This document shows positions 59,318 to 64,000 of a DNA stretch of 64,000 nucleotides, piece after piece. The translations under genes were made by a program, and so were the position numbers. The notes under the pieces were generated by a model, which was given only the letters and a program-made list of their open reading frames with translations, searched no databases and had not been told where the DNA came from. The stretch's first letter is position 1. Every line of letters begins with the position of its first letter. Source of the DNA: a virus; the IMG/VR virus record IMGVR_UViG_3300046694_000223, positions 102,581-166,580 of that record; one strand, written 5' to 3'.

Positions 59318-59886
59318 TGTCTACTTTTAAAGGAAAAGACTTGAAGTTTATTGCTCAAGATAGTTGGGATAAAATTCAGCGTGGATGGATTTATGAATGT
59401 GCCGTTCCTTATATAAGCGAACGACCGCTTTCCTTCTTTCAACGGGAAAAAGATGATAGAAACAAGGGTTCTGTGGCTAAAAATAACGGAGATTTTAAGC
59501 CCATGACAACTTATGAGATAGTGCTTCCTCTCAAACAAAGGAAAGTGGTCGTTTTATCTAATGACGATATCTGTGGTAATAAACACAAATATAATGTTGT
59601 TATTGCTCCTGTAATAAGTATATTACCAAATGAAGTTAAAGAGCCTTGGTATGATCAGGCTGTAGAAGGAACGCATCCATTTTTTGTTTACCTCCCCAAA
59701 GAGATTACAGGAAGAGAATGTTTTGTGAATACATCGGACATTATGTCGGTACATAAGAATATGCTCCTGAACGATAAAAAAGACATATCTGGATTTATGC
59801 CTCTGGTTGAATCTAAATTAGAATATTGCTTGCAACTTGGTATCTATAGCAAAAACATTGAAAATGAATATGAGGGCAATGCATAA
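59317..59886 (+). CDS. PemK/MazF-like toxin
   Basis: RGWIY...KQRKVVVLSND...VVIAPV...IMSVHKNML. Confidence 0.7.
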   Translation: MSTFKGKDLKFIAQDSWDKIQRGWIYECAVPYISERPLSFFQREKDDRNKGSVAKNNGDFKPMTTYEIVLPLKQRKVVVLSNDDICGNKHKYNVVIAPVISILPNEVKEPWYDQAVEGTHPFFVYLPKEITGRECFVNTSDIMSVHKNMLLNDKKDISGFMPLVESKLEYCLQLGIYSKNIENEYEGNA

Positions 59887-59900
59887 GTTGTATTGTAGAT

Positions 59901-59927
59901 CAAGTCACTCTGATGAGTGGCTTTTTT
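59901..59927 (+). terminator. Intrinsic terminator
   Basis: AAGTCACTC-TGAT-GAGTGGCTTTTTT. Confidence 0.8.
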
Positions 59928-60154
59928 AATATGTGTCTCTGCCCTCCCCTACTTAAGATAATTGTAGTATAACTTAAATAATTAATTAATAAATATATGT
60001 TTACAAATTGAAAATTTAGGTTATAATATAATTAAGTTCAAATAAAATACAATTGAATAATATCCTATATGATTTATGATTGAAAATTATGGCATCTCCG
60101 ATACATATCCCTTATACTTTAAGTATGAGTGGATAAATTTGGGGGTGTTTTTGT

Positions 60155-60739
60155 ATGTTAGGAATGAGAAAGATAGCTATGCTTTGTATTTGTGGGAGTT
60201 TGGTTATGGGGATTTTGAGTGGTTGTAGTTCAAATAATGTTGCTGGTTCTGTCAACACGAATAATCAAAACAGTATCGAAATTAGCAGTGAAATGAGAAC
60301 AGAATTAGACTCATTAATTAAAGATAAAGACTACGATTCGCTAATTATGAAAACGGAAGAATATAAGGATTCTAATGATGAACTGAATGCAATTTATCAC
60401 TATGCATCTGCATTAAAATCGATTCATGACGAAGATGACTACATGGTTTATTCAAATACACACGATATCCCATCTCAATACAAAGAGCGTTTCACTGAAT
60501 CAATTAATGAAGAAAAAGAATCTTATAAAGCTCAAAAAGAAAAATTAGATATCGAAAAATATAAAGATAAGCCACCTGTTATTGGTGAAACCAAGGAGCA
60601 ACTCAAAACTTCAAGTTGGGGATTGCCTAATGACATCAATAAAACCACTACCGGAGATAACGTCTCAGAACAATGGGTTTACAATGACGGAAAGTATGTA
60701 TATCTTAATAATGGAATTGTAACTGCAATTCAAGAATAA
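60155..60739 (+). CDS. Lipoprotein
   Basis: Signal peptide with ILSGC lipobox; C-terminal WGLPNDINKT..EQWVY domain; promoter with box at 59982-60027. Confidence 0.85.
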   Translation: MLGMRKIAMLCICGSLVMGILSGCSSNNVAGSVNTNNQNSIEISSEMRTELDSLIKDKDYDSLIMKTEEYKDSNDELNAIYHYASALKSIHDEDDYMVYSNTHDIPSQYKERFTESINEEKESYKAQKEKLDIEKYKDKPPVIGETKEQLKTSSWGLPNDINKTTTGDNVSEQWVYNDGKYVYLNNGIVTAIQE

Positions 60740-60794
60740 TAACTAGGGGCTAAAAGGCATCTTCTTAAATGAGGATGTCTTTTTAGTGAATAAA

Positions 60795-60998
60795 TTAATC
60801 TGGAACATATTCGATAAGATCAGAAACAGAACAGTTGAAGGCTTTGCACAACTGATCTATCCACTCCACTTCTATTCTTTTGATTTTTTCACTATAAAGC
60901 AACCCAACCGTGGCTTCTCTGATTCCTGTAATTTCGGACAGATGCTTCCTCGTCATCTTATGTTTTCCAAGCATTTCAGCTACTTTTATTTTAACCAT
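60795..60998 (-). CDS. Cro/C1-type (YozG/HTH_26-like) regulator
   Basis: MTRKHLSEITGIREATV...LCKAFNCSVSDLIEY. Confidence 0.88.
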   Translation of the reverse strand: MVKIKVAEMLGKHKMTRKHLSEITGIREATVGLLYSEKIKRIEVEWIDQLCKAFNCSVSDLIEYVPD

Positions 60999-61150
60999 CT
61001 GTCTGCCTCCATTAATTAATAAATATATGTAAATACATTATATACACAAAACTGATTTATTGCAAACAAAATTTCTAATAAACACTTTACAGATTACTCC
61101 TAGCGTAATATAATTACCTTAGATGAAATTATATTATAGGAGATGATTAA

Positions 61151-61546
61151 ATGAATACAAAAGTTCAACTAGTAACCCCACTGTTCGAACAAGGCAGTGT
61201 TTATTATGTTAGGGACGGTTTCGGACGCACCTGGCACACTGTTGCAAGCAGCCATCAAGTCGCAAAATCAAATATTAAGCGCGGAGAAGATACCTTGACA
61301 TTCAAATTATACACCACATCTAAAATGTGTGAAAGTCTCCCCGAGTATGACTTCAAAGACATGATCCTAGATATGTTAGAAAAGATGGGACTACAGGATA
61401 CATATGAATATGAAACGGTTATTGGATGGGATGACTATGCGGTGTTTTCGTTCATGAAAAGGTCTTCCATGCACCCGTGTGATCTGTTGATTGAGATAAA
61501 TAAGTTTTGTGAGGTGAAAGAAAGTCATGTCGTTAGTTACAAATGA
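61151..61546 (+). CDS. Hypothetical protein
   Basis: 131 aa, AGGAG RBS. Confidence 0.7.
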   Translation: MNTKVQLVTPLFEQGSVYYVRDGFGRTWHTVASSHQVAKSNIKRGEDTLTFKLYTTSKMCESLPEYDFKDMILDMLEKMGLQDTYEYETVIGWDDYAVFSFMKRSSMHPCDLLIEINKFCEVKESHVVSYK

Positions 61547-62864
61547 ATTCTTACTTTCTGAATTACGGAGATATTATGAGATATATAATAAAATACCAGC
61601 AGGAAAAGAATTATCCACCAATGAAAATTTCCCATCGCCAGGCATATATCGTTATAGATTTGGTAAATTATCAAATGCCATTGACTTAGCTGGCTTGAAA
61701 AGTGATAAAAAGATACAAGTAGATCGAAACTCAAAAGAAGAAATATATAAGATGATAATCGATGATTATAATTCCGGAATCCCTACAAATGAAATAGCAA
61801 AGAGGTTTGGATATTCTAGTAATTGTTCTATCTCAAACATCATTAAAAAATTCAATGTAGAAAAAAGGTTGAACAGATGGTCAGATGAAGAAATAAAGTT
61901 TTTAACTGACTATTATCCACTAACATCTTCTACGGAAATTGCGGAAAGACTGAACAGAAAAAAAGATGATGTTTTACAAAAAGCTCATAACTTAGGTCTT
62001 AAGCGGAATAATTACTATTGGACAGAGCACGAAATAACTGTTCTAAGAAATAATTATAATTTATTAAAACCAAAAGAACTTGCAAAATTGCTGAATAGAA
62101 CACCAAGGACTATAACGACTAAAGCCATAAAATTAGGACTTACAGAGAATAAAAATTGGACTGTAGAAGAAGACGAACAACTCAAATCTTTACATTCTTC
62201 ATTGCCAAATGAAGAAATAGCAGAGATTATTGGAAGATCTAGAAATTCCGTAGTTTGTAGATCGAGCATATTAAACCTAAAAAAATCTAAAGAGTATTGG
62301 GATTCGTTAAAATGTTTTAGCGAAGATGATTTATTATTAAAACTTATTGAGCTTTACAATATTCTTCAAAGAACACCAACACAATTAGACTTGAAAAATC
62401 ATAAAGATTATCCTTCATCTGCTACGTATAGACGTTATTTTGGATCATATGCAAAAGCTTGTATAAAAGCCGGATTAGAAGTTAATAATCAATTATTCGG
62501 ACACTCTCATACATGTCTTTCAAAAAATAACGACCTTTGTTTATCAAAATCAGAAAAAATAATAACGGACATTTTTATTGATAATAATACTAAATACGAA
62601 AAAGAAACATTGTATTCAAACGTTATAAGCGATGATAAATGTGGTCTAAGACGAATGGATTGGTTAATAAATAATAATATAATTGTCGAATATTTCGGTA
62701 TGCCAGACAAAGACCATTATTTGCTTAGAATGAATAATAAAATAGAATTATGCCAAACTCATAATATTACGCTTGTTCAGTTGTATAAGGAAGACATAGT
62801 TTCTAAAAATAAAACTGGATTAGTAAATAAATTTAAAGCTGTGGGAATCAAATTGTCCGTATAG
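61527..62864 (+). CDS. Homing-endonuclease-like protein with repeated DNA-binding modules and PD-(D/E)xK-like C-terminus
   Basis: Two PS..Y..FG repeats, three W(S/T)xxE..L Myb-like repeats, SKSE..D..IVEYFG nuclease motif. Confidence 0.7.
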   Translation: MSLVTNEFLLSELRRYYEIYNKIPAGKELSTNENFPSPGIYRYRFGKLSNAIDLAGLKSDKKIQVDRNSKEEIYKMIIDDYNSGIPTNEIAKRFGYSSNCSISNIIKKFNVEKRLNRWSDEEIKFLTDYYPLTSSTEIAERLNRKKDDVLQKAHNLGLKRNNYYWTEHEITVLRNNYNLLKPKELAKLLNRTPRTITTKAIKLGLTENKNWTVEEDEQLKSLHSSLPNEEIAEIIGRSRNSVVCRSSILNLKKSKEYWDSLKCFSEDDLLLKLIELYNILQRTPTQLDLKNHKDYPSSATYRRYFGSYAKACIKAGLEVNNQLFGHSHTCLSKNNDLCLSKSEKIITDIFIDNNTKYEKETLYSNVISDDKCGLRRMDWLINNNIIVEYFGMPDKDHYLLRMNNKIELCQTHNITLVQLYKEDIVSKNKTGLVNKFKAVGIKLSV

Positions 62865-63223
62865 CATCATACTTCCCTCTTATCTCTAGAGCCATTCCCT
62901 CCACTCTCTGAATGGCTCTTTTTTTGAGTTGTATTCTCATATCAAAAATCTACTAATAATTACAGCACTATTTAATAGTCAAATAATCTCAGTCAAATAG
63001 TCAAATATTTTCTATCTCAAATAGTACACAAAAAAGTCGTGGTTTTTCATCCAAATTATTTGGTTAAATATTACTACGTAATATAATCCTATGCTATAAT
63101 TAAATCACACCAGAACCCCCCACTGCGGTGTTTACGGAACTTAATTGATACTGTGGGTCTAAACCATCGCGCTGAGGGATATCCTTAAACCAAGAGGTAT
63201 AATACTTGGGAGGTGTGTAACCA

Positions 63224-63418
63224 ATGTGCAATGAGGACAAGGAGGAAAAAACAATGCCAGTAACCGAAATTAAGCCCATTCGTCCAACTACCGCTAACTA
63301 CAGTAAAGAAGACGTTCAAAAATTCGATAACTATGCTACAGAAAATAAAAAGACTCAAAGTGTGGGGATGAATAAGATGCGTGAAATGATGCGTGAATTT
63401 AGGGAGAAGAGAAAGTAG
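63224..63418 (+). CDS. Small protein, putative antitoxin of the GNAT gene
   Basis: AAGGAGG RBS before MPVTEI; directly upstream of the GNAT gene. Confidence 0.6.
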   Translation: MCNEDKEEKTMPVTEIKPIRPTTANYSKEDVQKFDNYATENKKTQSVGMNKMREMMREFREKRK

Positions 63419-63427
63419 GTTTGCTAG

Positions 63428-63928
63428 ATGCTTTCTCATAGGTATATCTCCGAAGACGACAAGGAAGCGATTGAAAATTTTCAATGTGACAGTGAGCCAA
63501 CCGTCAAAGAATTCTTGGTTGAACAGGCATACAAAATGCAGCAATTAAAAATGACGAGCACCAAGTTGTTCTTTGACGGTGATAATAAATTAATTGGATA
63601 TTTTACTTTGTATAACGATATGATGAAAATAGGAAAAGAAAAGAGAGTAAAGCATGGTTTGAGTGATTTACCGTCTGTTAAATATTATCCAGCAGTTAAA
63701 TTACACTATTTAGGTGTTGACTCCAGATATCAAAAGATAGGATATGGAAAAGAGTTACTTTTCTCGGCGCTCGATACTGTCTCTCGAATTTCCGAAGAAT
63801 CTGGATGTATTTTTATGAGCGTAGAGTCTTTAAAAAGCTCTGTTGATTTTTATTATAAGTATGAGTTTCAACATCTGAGCGACAATAAGCCCTTTACTAA
63901 TATGTTCTTTAAAATAGGCGAATTTTAA
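63428..63928 (+). CDS. GNAT acetyltransferase (TacT/AtaT toxin-like)
   Basis: FQC..FL, IGYFTL, PAVKLHYLGVDSRYQKIGYGKELL, FYYKYEF. Confidence 0.85.
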   Translation: MLSHRYISEDDKEAIENFQCDSEPTVKEFLVEQAYKMQQLKMTSTKLFFDGDNKLIGYFTLYNDMMKIGKEKRVKHGLSDLPSVKYYPAVKLHYLGVDSRYQKIGYGKELLFSALDTVSRISEESGCIFMSVESLKSSVDFYYKYEFQHLSDNKPFTNMFFKIGEF

Positions 63929-63953
63929 TTACATAATTTTTAAAAATAATTCT

Positions 63954-63984
63954 AAGTCACTCCCCCTCTCAGAGTGGCTTTTTT
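63954..63984 (+). terminator. Intrinsic terminator
   Basis: AAGTCACT...AGTGGCTTTTT. Confidence 0.75.
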
Positions 63985-64000
63985 GTATGGTTTTTAATAA

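Larger units (their letters stand above)
1..64000. mobile_element. Internal segment of an SPbeta-like temperate phage/prophage
   Basis: YonO-type RNA polymerase, HU, PhoH, phosphoesterase, terminase, portal, capsid and tail genes in SPbeta yon/yom-like order; many small early ORFs; no host housekeeping genes. Confidence 0.92.

Noticed and set aside
2086-63544. Short ORFs antisense or out of frame to longer genes (e.g. 4055-4366, 20500-20793, 34164-34583, 44215-44535, 53072-53491, 63185-63544)
   Set aside because: Shadow ORFs overlapping well-supported genes, with no RBS or motifs
1-64000. Arbitrium (AimR/AimP), tape measure and lysis genes
   Set aside because: No TPR receptor with a signal-peptide partner, tape measure, holin or endolysin recognisable; presumably outside the window

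Overview
This low-GC window lies entirely inside a large SPbeta-like temperate phage (Bacillota/Bacillales-type host; no host genes or att boundary seen). Layout: (1) ~1-27.5 kb, a minus-strand early/accessory region of mostly small ORFs driven by about 15 sigmaA-type promoters that share an AATAAATATAT box, and containing a DarB-like methyltransferase-helicase, two DUF262 proteins and an orphan MazF with a LexA box. (2) ~27.5-29.3 kb, non-coding DNA with an abrupt purine/pyrimidine strand flip, followed by a candidate origin with 22-bp iterons. (3) 29.3-33.4 kb, a tyrosine recombinase-RecD2-Rep-like operon. (4) 33.5-58.8 kb, a plus-strand YonO-like RNA polymerase, HU, PIN-PhoH, phosphoesterase and head/tail genes, with three glycosyltransferases inside the tail module and a second (YomM-like) tyrosine recombinase. 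(5) 58.9-64 kb, a moron island with two toxin-antitoxin-like pairs, a lipoprotein and a repeat nuclease. The most striking unexplained signal is at least 26 copies of an 18-bp imperfect palindrome, RTRAAA-N6-TTTYAT, with variable 6-bp spacers. They sit at gene junctions, usually between one gene's stop codon and the next gene's RBS, and divide the accessory region into one-gene units like an integron-style cassette array. Two copies flank the YomM-like recombinase, and three carry a second conserved motif 41-42 bp away. All family assignments were made by eye from motifs and synteny, not from database searches.
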